This document shows, piece by piece, positions 15,926 through 26,057 of a DNA stretch of 64,000 nt (the stretch's first letter is position 1; every line of letters begins with the position of its first letter). Source of the DNA: an uncultured Chloroflexia bacterium (GTDB taxonomy: Bacteria; Chloroflexota; Limnocylindria; Limnocylindrales; CSP1-4). The notes under the pieces are model-generated. The model was not told the origin of the DNA, searched no databases, and worked only from the letters and a program-made list of their open reading frames with translations. The translations under genes and the position numbers were made by a program. The stretch lies in the NCBI GenBank assembly GCA_963782715.1, contig CAWAKU010000008.1, positions 279,526-343,525 of the forward strand. The letters are read 5' to 3'.

Positions 15926-17185
15926 TTACGGCACCGGCTGGAGGCCCAGCCAGGTGGTGAACGTGCCGAACGGCAGGATCTTGACGGGCACGCCACCCGC
16001 CGCGTCCACGATCCAGGGCGAGACATCGACGGTGTCGCCCTGCGCAGTCGATCCGCCCGAGGCTTTCGCGAGGACGGTACGCGTGAAGGTGATCCGGCTC
16101 CCATCGGGGAGATAACGTGGATGGCTCGTGGCATCGGTTCCCGCCTCGATCAGAGCCTCCTCGCCGGTCCCGTCCGCATGGACGCGGGTCAGGCCCGTGC
16201 CGTCGGTGACGACGATCCACTGTCCGTCGGGCGACCAGTCGAGGTCGGTCAGCGTGCCCCCCGGTCGGCTCAGGACCACCGTCTCGGCCCGGGACGCGAG
16301 ATCGAGGACGACGACCTCTGACGATGCCACTGGGCCGCCACGGACCGTCTGATGCGTCCGCACGAAGGCGATCCGATCGGTCGTCGGCGACCAGCGCGGC
16401 GAGCGCTCCTCGATGAGCCCGCAGGTGCTCGACATCAGGGTCGTCGTCGCCCCCGGCGACGCCCCGACCAGGACACCGCCGATGTCCGCGACCCGCAGAC
16501 CGCACGTCGTCGGGATGGCCACGGTCTCGCCATCGACGACGACATCCTCGGTCGGCCCATCGGCGAAGAAGAAGACGACCCGACTGCCATCGCGCGACAC
16601 CGCCTGGAATTCCTGGTCGACGCATGGAGCGAGGCACGGCAGGAGCCGCGTACTACGACCACTCGCGATGTCGTGCGACCAGATGTCCCGGCCAGCGGTA
16701 GATGTGGCCGACGCGAGGAACGTGAACGAGCGCCCGGAGACGTCCCATTCCGGTTGCTCGTGGCGGGGGTCCGTGACATCGGTCGCGACGATGTGGTCGT
16801 CCGACCCATCGAGCCCGACGAGATGGATCTCGACGACCGAGTCGTCGATGTTCGAGATCTGGTACGACAGGAGGCCCGGAGTGCCGGCGAGGGGGTACGG
16901 CACGACGCTCGGGGTCGGCGACGGACTCGGAGTCGGCAGGACGACCACGGATGGACGCGAGCCGGCCACGCCGATCAGGCCGATGGCGGCGGTCGCCACG
17001 ATCGCCCCGACGAGGACGAGCCGTCCGGTCGGGCGAGACCATCGACGGCGCGCCCGCGGCCGGCCCCGGACTGCCTCGCGGGCAACGATCGCGGTCGGGC
17101 GCGGGTCGATCACGCCGCGCGTGTAGCGCTCAAGGTCATCGGCGAGGCGTCGCTCGAGGGCGGTCATCGTGCTGTCGCTATCCAT
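15926..17185 (-). CDS. membrane anti-sigma factor with TolB/PD40-like beta-propeller (second module)
   Basis: Start MDSDSTMTALERRL lies 2 nt after the stop of sigma gene 17178..17816. TM helix LVLVGAIVATAAIGLIGV. Cys motifs (LPCLAPC, TCGL x2) are shared with lipoprotein 17862..19013. Confidence 0.7.
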   Translation of the reverse strand: MDSDSTMTALERRLADDLERYTRGVIDPRPTAIVAREAVRGRPRARRRWSRPTGRLVLVGAIVATAAIGLIGVAGSRPSVVVLPTPSPSPTPSVVPYPLAGTPGLLSYQISNIDDSVVEIHLVGLDGSDDHIVATDVTDPRHEQPEWDVSGRSFTFLASATSTAGRDIWSHDIASGRSTRLLPCLAPCVDQEFQAVSRDGSRVVFFFADGPTEDVVVDGETVAIPTTCGLRVADIGGVLVGASPGATTTLMSSTCGLIEERSPRWSPTTDRIAFVRTHQTVRGGPVASSEVVVLDLASRAETVVLSRPGGTLTDLDWSPDGQWIVVTDGTGLTRVHADGTGEEALIEAGTDATSHPRYLPDGSRITFTRTVLAKASGGSTAQGDTVDVSPWIVDAAGGVPVKILPFGTFTTWLGLQPVP

Positions 17186-17816
17186 CGCCGAGGTCCTCGC
17201 GAAGTCGTGCCATGAGTCGAGACAGGCGAGCCCGGACCGAGGATGCATTCCGGCCGGTCGTCTCGGCGATCTCGTCGGATCCCAGACCGCCGAGGTAGCG
17301 CATGACGATGAGGGCTCGATCATCCGGGTGCAGCTTCAGAAGCGCCGCGATGAGGTCCGACCGGTCACCGCTCGGCTGGGGCACCGCGGCCGCATCGGCG
17401 TCGCGCTCCTCGTCGAGCGGTGCGACCTCGCGAACCCACCGCCGGCGACGCGAGCGGGCGGCCTGGCGAGCCTCGTTGCTGACGACGGCGATGAGCCATG
17501 GGCGAAGCTTGGTCGGCTCACGCAGCTTGTCGAGCCCTTGCCAGACCTTGACCCAGGCGGCCTGGGTCGCATCGCGGGCGAGATCGGCATCGCCACACAC
17601 GCCGTACGCGATCCGGACCAGCTCCGCATGATGCGCCGCCACGATGCCGGCGAACGCATCCTCGTCGCCCGAGCGGGCGCGTTCCACGAGGTCGGCACCG
17701 GACGACGCCCTCACGCTCAGGTTCATCTCCACGTATCGATAGATGCCGATCACGCCCGATCTGCTGCATGGTGACGAATCTTCGTCGGTCTGCAGCGCCC
17801 CACCGACAACCGGCAT
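17178..17816 (-). CDS. ECF sigma-70 family sigma factor (second module)
   Basis: sigma-2 (ATQAAWVKVWQ) and sigma-4 (SSVRARLSRLMARL) regions. Strong RBS aaggagg before the first ATG. Confidence 0.85.
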   Translation of the reverse strand: MPVVGGALQTDEDSSPCSRSGVIGIYRYVEMNLSVRASSGADLVERARSGDEDAFAGIVAAHHAELVRIAYGVCGDADLARDATQAAWVKVWQGLDKLREPTKLRPWLIAVVSNEARQAARSRRRRWVREVAPLDEERDADAAAVPQPSGDRSDLIAALLKLHPDDRALIVMRYLGGLGSDEIAETTGRNASSVRARLSRLMARLREDLGDG

Positions 17817-17861
17817 CTACCTCCTTGAGTCGCCACCCGGCGACCGGATGGAGGACTGACG

Positions 17862-19013
17862 ATGCGACCCTTGGCGAACCCGATGCGCGGTGTCGCGCTA
17901 GCCGGCGCTCTGCTGCTGGTCGCCGGCTGTGGCGGACAAGGCGCCAGCGGCCCGGCCCCGATTTCGAACCCGACGCCGTCGACGGCCATCGCGGCGCCCG
18001 TCTCGAGTGCCACACCCGTCCCGAACCGGCCATCGGTCGCCCCGCCGACCCCGACCGCCTCGCCGTCGCTGCCGCTCGCCGGGCTCGACGGCTGGATCGC
18101 GTACAGCATCGGCGACAGTCGTGCGGCCAAGGTCCGCCTCATTCGACCGGACGGCAGCGACAACCACGCGATCGCCGAGGACGCAGGCCCGCGTTCGATC
18201 CACCCGGAGTGGCTGCCCGACGGGCGAAGCCTCCTGTTCGAGCAAGTGGTCGGCCGCGATGACGTCAAGTCGATCTGGCGATGGGACATGGCGAAGGGGT
18301 CGTCCACCGAGATCGTGCCGTGTGCGGACCCGTGCGTCGCCCGCCAGGCGCCGGCGCCGTCGGCCGACGGGTCGAGGATCGCGTACGAGACCTACGACGG
18401 GCCGATCGATGATGTCACCGTGGGCACGGCGGTCGCCCAGATCCCGGCGCATTGCGGGCTCCAGGCGATGACCCTCGCGACGCACGAGACCAGCACCATC
18501 GCGACCGGCACATGCGGCCTCGTCGAATGGCATGGACCGCGCTGGTCGCCGACGGGCGACCTCGCCTACTTCCGGACCCATCAGGCCACGCGTGGCGGTC
18601 CGGTCGAGCTCGCCGAGCTCGTCGTCCATGACATGGCGTCGGGCAAGGACCGGGTGATCAACGAATGGCCGGCGTGGGACGAGGCGAACCAGCTCGAATG
18701 GTCACCCGACGGCACCTGGATCGTGTTCTCGACCCAGGGTCGGATCGATCGGATCCATCCGGATGGGAGCGGTGGTCACACCCTGGTCGAGGCCGGCGAC
18801 AAGGCGTTGAGTGCCAACCCGTACCACCCGCGATTCCTCCCGGATGGGAGCTCTCTTACCTTCAACTGGAGCATCGCGCCCCGCGGCGTCATCACCTCCG
18901 TCCGGTTCTTCGCGATGCCTGCCGCAGGTGGGGCCCCGACCGAGGTCCTGCCCGAGGGTGAGAACGGCACCGACGAGCACTACAACTGGGGCTCGCTCCA
19001 GCCCACACCGTGA
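17862..19013 (+). CDS. TolB/PD40-like beta-propeller lipoprotein, paralogue of the adjacent anti-sigma sensor domain
   Basis: Lipobox LLLVAGCGG, RBS ggagga. Long stretches align to the periplasmic domain of the 15926..17185 protein, for example FRTHQATRGGPVELAELVVHDMASG vs VRTHQTVRGGPVASSEVVVLDLASR. Confidence 0.75.
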   Translation: MRPLANPMRGVALAGALLLVAGCGGQGASGPAPISNPTPSTAIAAPVSSATPVPNRPSVAPPTPTASPSLPLAGLDGWIAYSIGDSRAAKVRLIRPDGSDNHAIAEDAGPRSIHPEWLPDGRSLLFEQVVGRDDVKSIWRWDMAKGSSTEIVPCADPCVARQAPAPSADGSRIAYETYDGPIDDVTVGTAVAQIPAHCGLQAMTLATHETSTIATGTCGLVEWHGPRWSPTGDLAYFRTHQATRGGPVELAELVVHDMASGKDRVINEWPAWDEANQLEWSPDGTWIVFSTQGRIDRIHPDGSGGHTLVEAGDKALSANPYHPRFLPDGSSLTFNWSIAPRGVITSVRFFAMPAAGGAPTEVLPEGENGTDEHYNWGSLQPTP

Positions 19014-19022
19014 TGCGCTCGA

Positions 19023-19889
19023 CTACCGAGCTTCGTAGCGGAATCGGTCCCGATCCCGCACGAGCCGACCGATCGGGTGCCGCGCCTCGTGCGACAGGAC
19101 GACGATCCAGTCCTCGTCGGCGGCCTGCGCGAACAGCTCCGCCTTGCGGTCGACCGAATCCAGCGGGAAGTCGTCGAAGGCGGTCACCCAGCGCGGGTTC
19201 GCCGCCCACGGCCGCATCATCAGGTCACCGAAGAACGCCAGCGTCCGGGCGCCGTCACCGGTGCCCCGGACGATGACGGCCTGGTGCCCGGTCGAATGGC
19301 CACCGGTCGGCACGACGCTGACGCCGGGCAGGATCTCGCGCTCGCCATCGACCCAGCCCTGCTTGCCCCAGGCCTCGACGAGCCGCAGCTCCGGCTGGAC
19401 ATACGACGCGACGAGGCGCGGGTTGTCGCCGAGGGCGACCTCCCACTCGGCCCGCTGCGCGACGATCGTCGCGTGCGGGAATGCCCGCTCGCCGTCCGCT
19501 CGGAGGAGCCCGCCGGCGTGGTCGAAGTGGAGATGGCTCATCGCCACGACATTGATCGACTCGGGCAGGAAGCCGGCCGCCTCGAGGGCAGACACGATCC
19601 ACGGCCCCTCGTACGACCGCATCGACCTGGTCTTCTCATCGACCCGGTCGCCGATTCCCGTCTCGACCAGGACGCGGCCGGACTTGGTTTCGATCAGCAG
19701 GCAGTTGAGCGCCTGCAGGAGGCGCCGCTTGTCGTCCACCTCGTCGGCGACCAGGTCACCCCACAGGACCCACGGGACGGGCCCGAACAACGTCCCGGCA
19801 TCGGACCGGAAGGTCCCGGCCTGGACCAACGCCACGCGCGTCCCACCACCGAGGTCCTGCGCCCAGTCAACCGCGTCGTTCATCGCCAT
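19023..19889 (-). CDS. MBL-fold metallo-hydrolase
   Basis: HxHxDH motif MSHLHFDHAGG plus downstream His/Asp ligands. 288 aa. Confidence 0.8.
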   Translation of the reverse strand: MAMNDAVDWAQDLGGGTRVALVQAGTFRSDAGTLFGPVPWVLWGDLVADEVDDKRRLLQALNCLLIETKSGRVLVETGIGDRVDEKTRSMRSYEGPWIVSALEAAGFLPESINVVAMSHLHFDHAGGLLRADGERAFPHATIVAQRAEWEVALGDNPRLVASYVQPELRLVEAWGKQGWVDGEREILPGVSVVPTGGHSTGHQAVIVRGTGDGARTLAFFGDLMMRPWAANPRWVTAFDDFPLDSVDRKAELFAQAADEDWIVVLSHEARHPIGRLVRDRDRFRYEAR

Positions 19890-19893
19890 CGGG

Positions 19894-20490
19894 TTATGAC
19901 CGCTTGGACTCCGTGGCGCGGCCGGCGTCGAAATCGCGGTGGAAGGCGGACGCGGTCGGCTCCGACTGGCCCTGGTACTTCGACCCGAGCTCGGGCGATC
20001 CGTACGGCCGCTCGACCGGACTCGACATCTTGAAGAAGCTGATCTGGCCGATCCGCATCCCGTAGTACAGCGCGATCGGCAGGTTGGCCACGTTCGACAA
20101 CTCGAGCGTCAGGTTGCCCTTCCAGCCCGGGTCGACATAGCCCGCCGTCGAATGGATCAGCAGGCCGAGCCTCCCAAGACTCGACTTGCCCTCGAGCCTG
20201 GCCACGAGATCGTCGGGCAGCTCGACCCATTCATGCGTCTGGCCGAGCACGAACTCGCCTGGGTGCAGGATGAACGGCTCGTCCTCCTCGACCGTCAGGA
20301 GCTCGGTCAGGTCGGGCTGTGGCGCCCGGACGTCGATGAACGCGTAGCGGTTGTTGCGGAAGACCCGGAAGCTCTTGTCGAGGTGCAGGTCGACCGACGA
20401 CGGCTGGAGATCGTGCGGGTCATACGGATTGATGGCCACCGTCCCGGCCTCGAGCGCCGCCCGGATGTCTCGATCCGACAGGACGCTCAC
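19894..20490 (-). CDS. dcd: dCTP deaminase
   Basis: MSVLSDRDI start, SSVDLHLD and KSSLGRLGL motifs. 198 aa. Confidence 0.9.
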   Translation of the reverse strand: MSVLSDRDIRAALEAGTVAINPYDPHDLQPSSVDLHLDKSFRVFRNNRYAFIDVRAPQPDLTELLTVEEDEPFILHPGEFVLGQTHEWVELPDDLVARLEGKSSLGRLGLLIHSTAGYVDPGWKGNLTLELSNVANLPIALYYGMRIGQISFFKMSSPVERPYGSPELGSKYQGQSEPTASAFHRDFDAGRATESKRS

Positions 20491-20963
20491 TTGGCGAACG
20501 CTCCGGTTCCCCGCTCGGCGTACAGGCTATCCACCTCGCGTTTGAGCGCTTCGAGGTCCTCGAAGCTCTGGTAGACGCTGGCGAACCGGATGTAGGCGAT
20601 CTGGTCGATGCCGCGGAGCTGCTCCATGGCGAGGGCGCCGATGCGCGACGACGGGACCTCGGTCACGCCCGCGGCGCGAAGCTCGGCCTCGATCGCGTCG
20701 GCTGCGTGCTCCGCGGAGCCGTCCGGGACCGGCCGTCGGGTCAGCGCCTTGCGGAGACCGGAGACGAGACGGGCGTGGTCGAATTCCTGGCGAGTCCCGT
20801 CCCGCTTCACGACGATGAGCCGGGCCGCCTCGACGCGCTCGTAGGTCGTGAACCGCATCGCGCACGACGCGCACTCGCGGCGGCGGCGGATGGTCGCTGA
20901 GTCATCGAGATCGCGCGAGTCGACGACGCGGGTCTCCCGCTCGCCGCATTGGGGGCAGCGCAT
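20487..20963 (-). CDS. nrdR: transcriptional repressor NrdR
   Basis: MRCPQCGE...CASC zinc ribbon followed by an ATP-cone. 4-nt overlap with dcd. Confidence 0.9.
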   Translation of the reverse strand: MRCPQCGERETRVVDSRDLDDSATIRRRRECASCAMRFTTYERVEAARLIVVKRDGTRQEFDHARLVSGLRKALTRRPVPDGSAEHAADAIEAELRAAGVTEVPSSRIGALAMEQLRGIDQIAYIRFASVYQSFEDLEALKREVDSLYAERGTGAFAK

Positions 20964-21040
20964 CGCTCTCCTGTCGTCTCCGACCACTAGGGATGGTGGT
21001 GTGGGGCGAGGATACCACTAGATGGTGTGGTCTGGTGGGG

Positions 21041-21589
21041 TCAGGCGGCGGTCCGGCCGGTCGTCGACGTGCCCTCGGCCGTAAGCTCCTGGGCATCGAG
21101 CGCGCGCCGCGCGAATGCGTCTCGGGCATGGATCAGGTTCAGGTAGCCGCGCTTGATCGATGTCTGCGCCTCGAGCTCGCGCGGGCCGCGCCGGACCGTG
21201 ATCATGATCGTCGTGCCGTGCTCGACCATCTCGAGCGCTCGCTCGGCCCGCTCGAGCTCCGCGACGAGGTCCGATCGGATCTGACTCGCCTCACGCGGGC
21301 CGCGGAGGCCCTTCGCCTCATCCGTGTAGCGTCGGACGGCGTCGGCTGCGGCGGCGATCGTGTCGGCGATATGGTCGGGGTCCACTTGGCGACGGCGCAC
21401 CGCGTCGATCTGACCGGCGGCCCCGGCGAGCGACGCATCGACGCGCGCGGCGAGATCCTTGACCGAGCTCCGGAACTGCTCGAGCTCGCGGGTCCGCGCG
21501 ACGATCCTGCCTGTGCCGCGGAGCACGACCGCCAGCCCCGCCGCAAGGGCGATGAACGCCGCGATCGGCAGCAGGACGGCGATCTCCAT
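21041..21589 (-). CDS. hypothetical membrane-anchored coiled-coil protein
   Basis: N-terminal TM (IAVLLPIAAFIALAAGLAVVL), then an Ala/Arg/Glu-rich predicted helical region. No family assigned. Confidence 0.5.
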   Translation of the reverse strand: MEIAVLLPIAAFIALAAGLAVVLRGTGRIVARTRELEQFRSSVKDLAARVDASLAGAAGQIDAVRRRQVDPDHIADTIAAAADAVRRYTDEAKGLRGPREASQIRSDLVAELERAERALEMVEHGTTIMITVRRGPRELEAQTSIKRGYLNLIHARDAFARRALDAQELTAEGTSTTGRTAA

Positions 21590-21613
21590 GCGATCAGGTC
21601 CCCGGCCGCGAGT

Positions 21614-22591
21614 TCAGCCCGACCGGGCGCGCAGGCGTTCGACGAGCGCCGTACCGACCTCGAACAGGTCGCCGACGACGAACAGGTCAGCGAAGTCGGC
21701 GATCGGCGCGTCCGCGTCGCGGTTGACCGCGACGATCGTGCCCGACGTCCGCATCCCGACCTTGTGCTGGATGGCGCCGCTGATGCCGAGGGCGAGATAC
21801 AGCTCCGGCTTGACGATCTTGCCGGTCTGGCCGATCTGCTGGCTGTACGGGATCCAGCCCGAGTCGACCGCTGCGCGCGTTGCGCCGACCGCACCACCGA
21901 GAGCGTCGGCGATCTCACGGACGATCCCGAACCCCTCCGGGCTCCCGACGCCGCGGCCACCTGCCACGATGATCCGTGCCTCCTCGATCGGCGCGGCCGC
22001 GTTCGCCTCGCTGACCCGGTCGACGATCCTGACGGCGGGCAGGGCCTGGGTCACGGTCGTGGTCCGTGGCTCGATGCGACCAGGCGACGCTGCCGGTGTG
22101 GCGGTCGCGACGTTCGGGCGGACCGTGACGATGCCGCGGCCGCTCGTGAAACCCGACGTCGTGAGCAGCTTGCCGCCGAACACGCTCATCTCGACCGCGG
22201 GGCCTGCATCCGTCCAGGCGACGCCGGTGGCATTGACGAGGACGCCCAGGCCCGTGAGCGCCGAGACGGCACCGGCCAGGTCTCGGCCGTCAGCGCCCGC
22301 CCCGACGAAGACGGCATCCGGCGCGTCGGCGGCGAGGAGCGCGGCGATGTGTCCGGCCGCGACCGCCGACCAGGCATGGTCCGCGGCGGCCGGGTCTGCG
22401 ATGGCCCAGACGACGGGCAGGTAGGTCGCGAGGTCCGCTGCGGCCGACGCCGGGTCCGGCGCCACGACGATCCCGACAGCATCCCGGCCGGCCGTCGCGG
22501 CGAGGTCGCGAGCGAGCGTCGCGACCTCGACACTGATCCGCGCCAGACCGCCATCCGGACCGGGTTCGGCGACGACCCACAGCGCGCCCAT
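21614..22591 (-). CDS. etfA: electron transfer flavoprotein alpha subunit
   Basis: Begins MGALWVVAEP and carries the FAD-binding C-terminal motif PELYLALGISGAIQHKVG. Confidence 0.9.
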   Translation of the reverse strand: MGALWVVAEPGPDGGLARISVEVATLARDLAATAGRDAVGIVVAPDPASAAADLATYLPVVWAIADPAAADHAWSAVAAGHIAALLAADAPDAVFVGAGADGRDLAGAVSALTGLGVLVNATGVAWTDAGPAVEMSVFGGKLLTTSGFTSGRGIVTVRPNVATATPAASPGRIEPRTTTVTQALPAVRIVDRVSEANAAAPIEEARIIVAGGRGVGSPEGFGIVREIADALGGAVGATRAAVDSGWIPYSQQIGQTGKIVKPELYLALGISGAIQHKVGMRTSGTIVAVNRDADAPIADFADLFVVGDLFEVGTALVERLRARSG

Positions 22592-23382
22592 CAGATGATC
22601 CTCCGGGCGGCGAGGAACTCGACGATCCGGGCGGCGCCCTCGTCGGGCGTGCCCCGGACGATCTCCGTCGCGGCTCGAGCCGGTGGCATCCGTGCGTCGA
22701 GGAGCGCGGTGGTCGCCACGGCGCTGCCGACCGTGGTCGCGTCCACGCCGAGGTCGGCCAGCGAGCGCGTGACGATCTCCTTGCCACGCGCCGCCATGAT
22801 CCCCTTCAGCGATGGGTACCGCGGCTCACCGAGGGCTTGCGTGCCGGCGACGACGACCGGCATCGGCGCCTCGAGCAGGTCGTAGCCGGTGGCGCTGATG
22901 CGTCGAACACGGACCGTCCGGCCGGCCATGTCAGGCTCGATCTTCGCGGCGTAGGACAGGAACGGCAGTCCGAGGTGGGCCGCGATCGCCGCCGGGACGA
23001 TCCCGCCGACGCCATCGGACGCATCGATGCCGGCGAAGACCATGTCGAACTCGATCTGGCGGAGGGCCGCCGCGAGCACCGTCGCTGTCGAGACCGCACA
23101 CGATCCACCGAGCGCGACATCGGTCACGTGGACGCCGCGGTGGGCGCCCATCGCGAGCGCCTTGCGCAGCGTCTCGGGCGCGTTCGTCGGCGCCATCGAC
23201 AGGAGGGTGATCTCACCCTCGCCGGCGGCTTCCACGAGCTTGAGCGCCGCCTCGAGGACGTATTCGTCGTTGCCGTTGACGACCGCGGGCACGATGGCTC
23301 GATCGAGCCGGCCGTCCGGGCCGAGGCGCTCCCCGGCCGACGCCGGATCCGGAACAGGTTTGACCAGAACGACGATACGCAC
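22591..23382 (-). CDS. etfB: electron transfer flavoprotein beta subunit
   Basis: MRIVVLVKPVPD start and VVNGNDEYVLEAALKL motif. The stop abuts the etfA start. Confidence 0.9.
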   Translation of the reverse strand: MRIVVLVKPVPDPASAGERLGPDGRLDRAIVPAVVNGNDEYVLEAALKLVEAAGEGEITLLSMAPTNAPETLRKALAMGAHRGVHVTDVALGGSCAVSTATVLAAALRQIEFDMVFAGIDASDGVGGIVPAAIAAHLGLPFLSYAAKIEPDMAGRTVRVRRISATGYDLLEAPMPVVVAGTQALGEPRYPSLKGIMAARGKEIVTRSLADLGVDATTVGSAVATTALLDARMPPARAATEIVRGTPDEGAARIVEFLAARRII

Positions 23383-23409
23383 GAGCTCGCTATCCCTCTC
23401 CCTCTCGGG

Positions 23410-24595
23410 TCAGTCGCCCTTGCCGAGCAACGCCCGCGCGACGACCAGTCGCTGGATCTGCTGGGTACCCTCGTAGAGCTGGGTGATCTTCGCGTCGCGC
23501 ATCATCCGCTCCACCGGGAACTCGTCGATGTAGCCATACCCACCGAGTACCTGGACGGCATCGGTGGTCACGCGCATCGCGGTGTCCCCGGCCACGAGTT
23601 TACACATCGCCGCCCACCGGCTGGCGTCCGGCGCACCGGCGTCGATCTCGACACACGCCTTGTAGAGCAGCTGTCGTGCGGACTCGGTCGCGGCGTCCAT
23701 GTCGGCGAGCATCGCGGCGACCATCTGGAGGTCCCCGATGCGCTGGCCGAACTGGCGCCGATCGCGCGCGTAGGCCGTCGCCGCCTCGAGCGCGCCCTGG
23801 GCGATGCCGACGGCCTGCGCGGCGATGCCCGGCCGGCTCCGATCGAACGTCCGCATGGCGATCGCGAACCCATCGCCCTCGGCGCCGATCAGGTTGGCGG
23901 CGGGCACCCGCACGCCGTCGAACGCGAGCTCGGCCGTCGGGCTGCCTCGCAGACCCATCTTGTGTTCGATCCGGGCGACCTCGAAGCCGGCCGTCGGCAC
24001 CTCGATCACGAAGCACGAGAGACGGGTGCGGCGCGATGCGCCCGGGTCCGGGTCGGTCACCGCGAAGACCGTCAGGAGATCCGCCACCGAGCCGTGACTG
24101 ATGAACCGCTTGGAGCCCGTGATGACGTAGTCGTCGCCATCGCGAACCGCGCGGGTGCGGATCGCTGCGACATCGGAGCCGGCCTCCGCCTCGGTCATCG
24201 CGAAGGCGATGAGGTGCTCGCCCGACGCGAGGCGCGGGAGCCAGCGCTGGTGCTGCTCGGGCGAGCCGGCCAGGACGATCGGCAGCGACGCGAGCTCGTG
24301 CACCGCCAGGATCAGGCCGGTCGTCGCGCACGCCCGGCTGAGCTGCTCGACGGCGAGGCAGACGGTCAGCAGATCCGCATCGAGACCGCCGTACGCAGCG
24401 GCGAACGGCAGCGCCAGGATGTCCTGCGACGCGAGGAGCGCGCGGAGGTCCTGCGGGAACTCACCGGTCTGGTCGATGTCCTTCGCCCGGGGCGCCACCC
24501 GCTCGTCGGCGAGGGTGCGAACGGCGTCGCGGAGGAGCACCTGCTCCTCGGTCAGCCGGTAGCTGGGCTGCATCGACTCGGTCACCGTCGGCATC
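23410..24595 (-). CDS. acyl-CoA dehydrogenase
   Basis: ACAD motifs (EAGSDVAAIRT, GSKRFISHG, YEGTQQIQRLVVARALL). The start MPTVTESMQPSYRL is chosen over the long Arg-rich upstream extension. Confidence 0.85.
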
Positions 24596-24626
24596 GTAGC
24601 AGCGCGACCATGCCGGACTTCGGAGA

Positions 24627-24998
24627 TCAGCCCTGGCGGAGACCCAGCGTATTCCCGTCCGGGTCGCGGAACCAGGCGCCAAGGGCCGGGCCGATGGGCG
24701 CGATGTGGTTCGTCGTGATGAGCGGGCCCTCGGTGTAGTCGAGGAAGGCGACACCCTTCGCCTCGAGGTCGGCGACCGTCGCGGCGATGTCGGTCACCTC
24801 GAAATGGGCGACGGTGTGCGACGTCTCGGTTCCGGGGCGACGGAAGATCGACAGCTCGCTCGACTCGCCGCAGCGGAGCCGGACGGATGCCGGGTTCTCC
24901 CACAGCACGGTCAGACCGAGCGTCTCGCCATAGAACGCCTTCGAGCGCTCGAGGTCACTGACCGGGATCGTTGCCACCACCAGCGTCGCGCCGAGCAT
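24627..24998 (-). CDS. VOC (glyoxalase/bleomycin-resistance fold) family protein
   Basis: 123 aa with paired beta-alpha-beta-beta-beta modules (YGETLGLTV, WFRDPDGNTLGL). Confidence 0.8.
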   Translation of the reverse strand: MLGATLVVATIPVSDLERSKAFYGETLGLTVLWENPASVRLRCGESSELSIFRRPGTETSHTVAHFEVTDIAATVADLEAKGVAFLDYTEGPLITTNHIAPIGPALGAWFRDPDGNTLGLRQG

Positions 24999-25044
24999 CT
25001 CGTCCTCCTGTCAGCCAGCTGGAACGGGACGACGATACTCCGAG

Positions 25045-25692
25045 ATGACGATGGCGCACACTGCGGCGATGAGCGCCCTCGCGATGACCGGTCTGGCCTG
25101 CTTCGGGGCCGCGACGGCGATCGGCCTCGTCGCCTCCAGCACGGTGCCGACCGTCGCCGTCCGACGCGGCGCGCCATCGATCCGAGGGCTCGCCATCATC
25201 CTCATGGCGTTCTGCGAGGGCATCGCCGTGCTGGGCATCGTCGTCGGATTGCTCGCGATCGACTCGGGGCTCGTGCAGGATCCATCGAGCGGCATCCTCG
25301 CGGCCGGAGCTGCCATCGTCGGGGCGCTGGTCGGGATCGGCCTCATCCTCGCGAACTGGGGCCGGTCGGATCGTTCCGTGGCGGTCCCTGGCATCCTGTT
25401 CGTGGCCGGTCTGGCGATGCTCGGGATCGTCATCGCGGTCCTGGCGGACGTGATCGACCGGATCGGGACCGGCAGCGTCGCGGGCTGGCCGTTCGCGGTC
25501 CTCGGGACGGCGAGTGCCCTTGCCGCCCTGGCGATCGGTGTCACGGGTACCGCCGCGATCCGCTCGATGATCGGCAAGGACGAGGCAGACATGAAGGCGA
25601 TCGTCGCGGCCCAGATCTCGCGCTGCGCCCTCTTCCAGATGGTCGGCGTCGGCGCGTCGGTGATCGCGATCCTGTTGGTCTTCCGCGCCTAG
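25045..25692 (+). CDS. membrane protein with three tandem F/V-ATPase c-subunit (proteolipid)-like helical hairpins
   Basis: Gly/Ala-rich helix pairs. Hairpin 1 has MAFCEGIAVLGIVVGLL with a conserved Glu. Hairpin 3 has ALFQMVGVGASVIAILLVF with Gln in that position. No other ATPase genes are nearby. Confidence 0.45.
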   Translation: MTMAHTAAMSALAMTGLACFGAATAIGLVASSTVPTVAVRRGAPSIRGLAIILMAFCEGIAVLGIVVGLLAIDSGLVQDPSSGILAAGAAIVGALVGIGLILANWGRSDRSVAVPGILFVAGLAMLGIVIAVLADVIDRIGTGSVAGWPFAVLGTASALAALAIGVTGTAAIRSMIGKDEADMKAIVAAQISRCALFQMVGVGASVIAILLVFRA

Positions 25693-26057
25693 CGTTTCGC
25701 CGCCGCGGCGTTCTCCGCGACGCGGACCTCGACGATCCTGGTCACGAGCCCCAGTGGGATGGGACGGCTCGCCGGGAAGCGGATGGTCCCCTTCCCCGCC
25801 AGGTACGGAGTCAGCTCGTCGCCGATGGCCGCGACGACCACGTCGCTCGCCGGGAAGAGGCTGTAGTGGTTCTTGAACACGGCGTACGACACCAGGAACT
25901 GCCCGCCGTGCGAGCGCAATGCGGGCATCTGGTACGCGATCGACTCGGTCGCGTCGGGCGCGGCCGCATTGATCGTCGCACGGAGCGCCTCGACTACCGT
26001 GCGCCGCTCGTCCGGTAGCTCGGCCAGGTACTCGTCGACGGTCGCCGGCGTGGACAT
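25689..26057 (-). CDS. DUF1801 (YdhG/YjbR-like) domain protein
   Basis: 122 aa beginning MSTPATVDEYLAELPDERR, with a family-typical C-terminus. Confidence 0.7.
   Translation of the reverse strand: MSTPATVDEYLAELPDERRTVVEALRATINAAAPDATESIAYQMPALRSHGGQFLVSYAVFKNHYSLFPASDVVVAAIGDELTPYLAGKGTIRFPASRPIPLGLVTRIVEVRVAENAAAAKR

Noticed and set aside
20993-24738. Very long plus-strand ORFs (20993..22885 at 630 aa, 22837..24738 at 633 aa) rich in Arg/Asp/Gly
   Set aside because: They run antisense to the well-supported etfA, etfB and acyl-CoA dehydrogenase genes. Their composition is typical of antisense frames in high-GC DNA.
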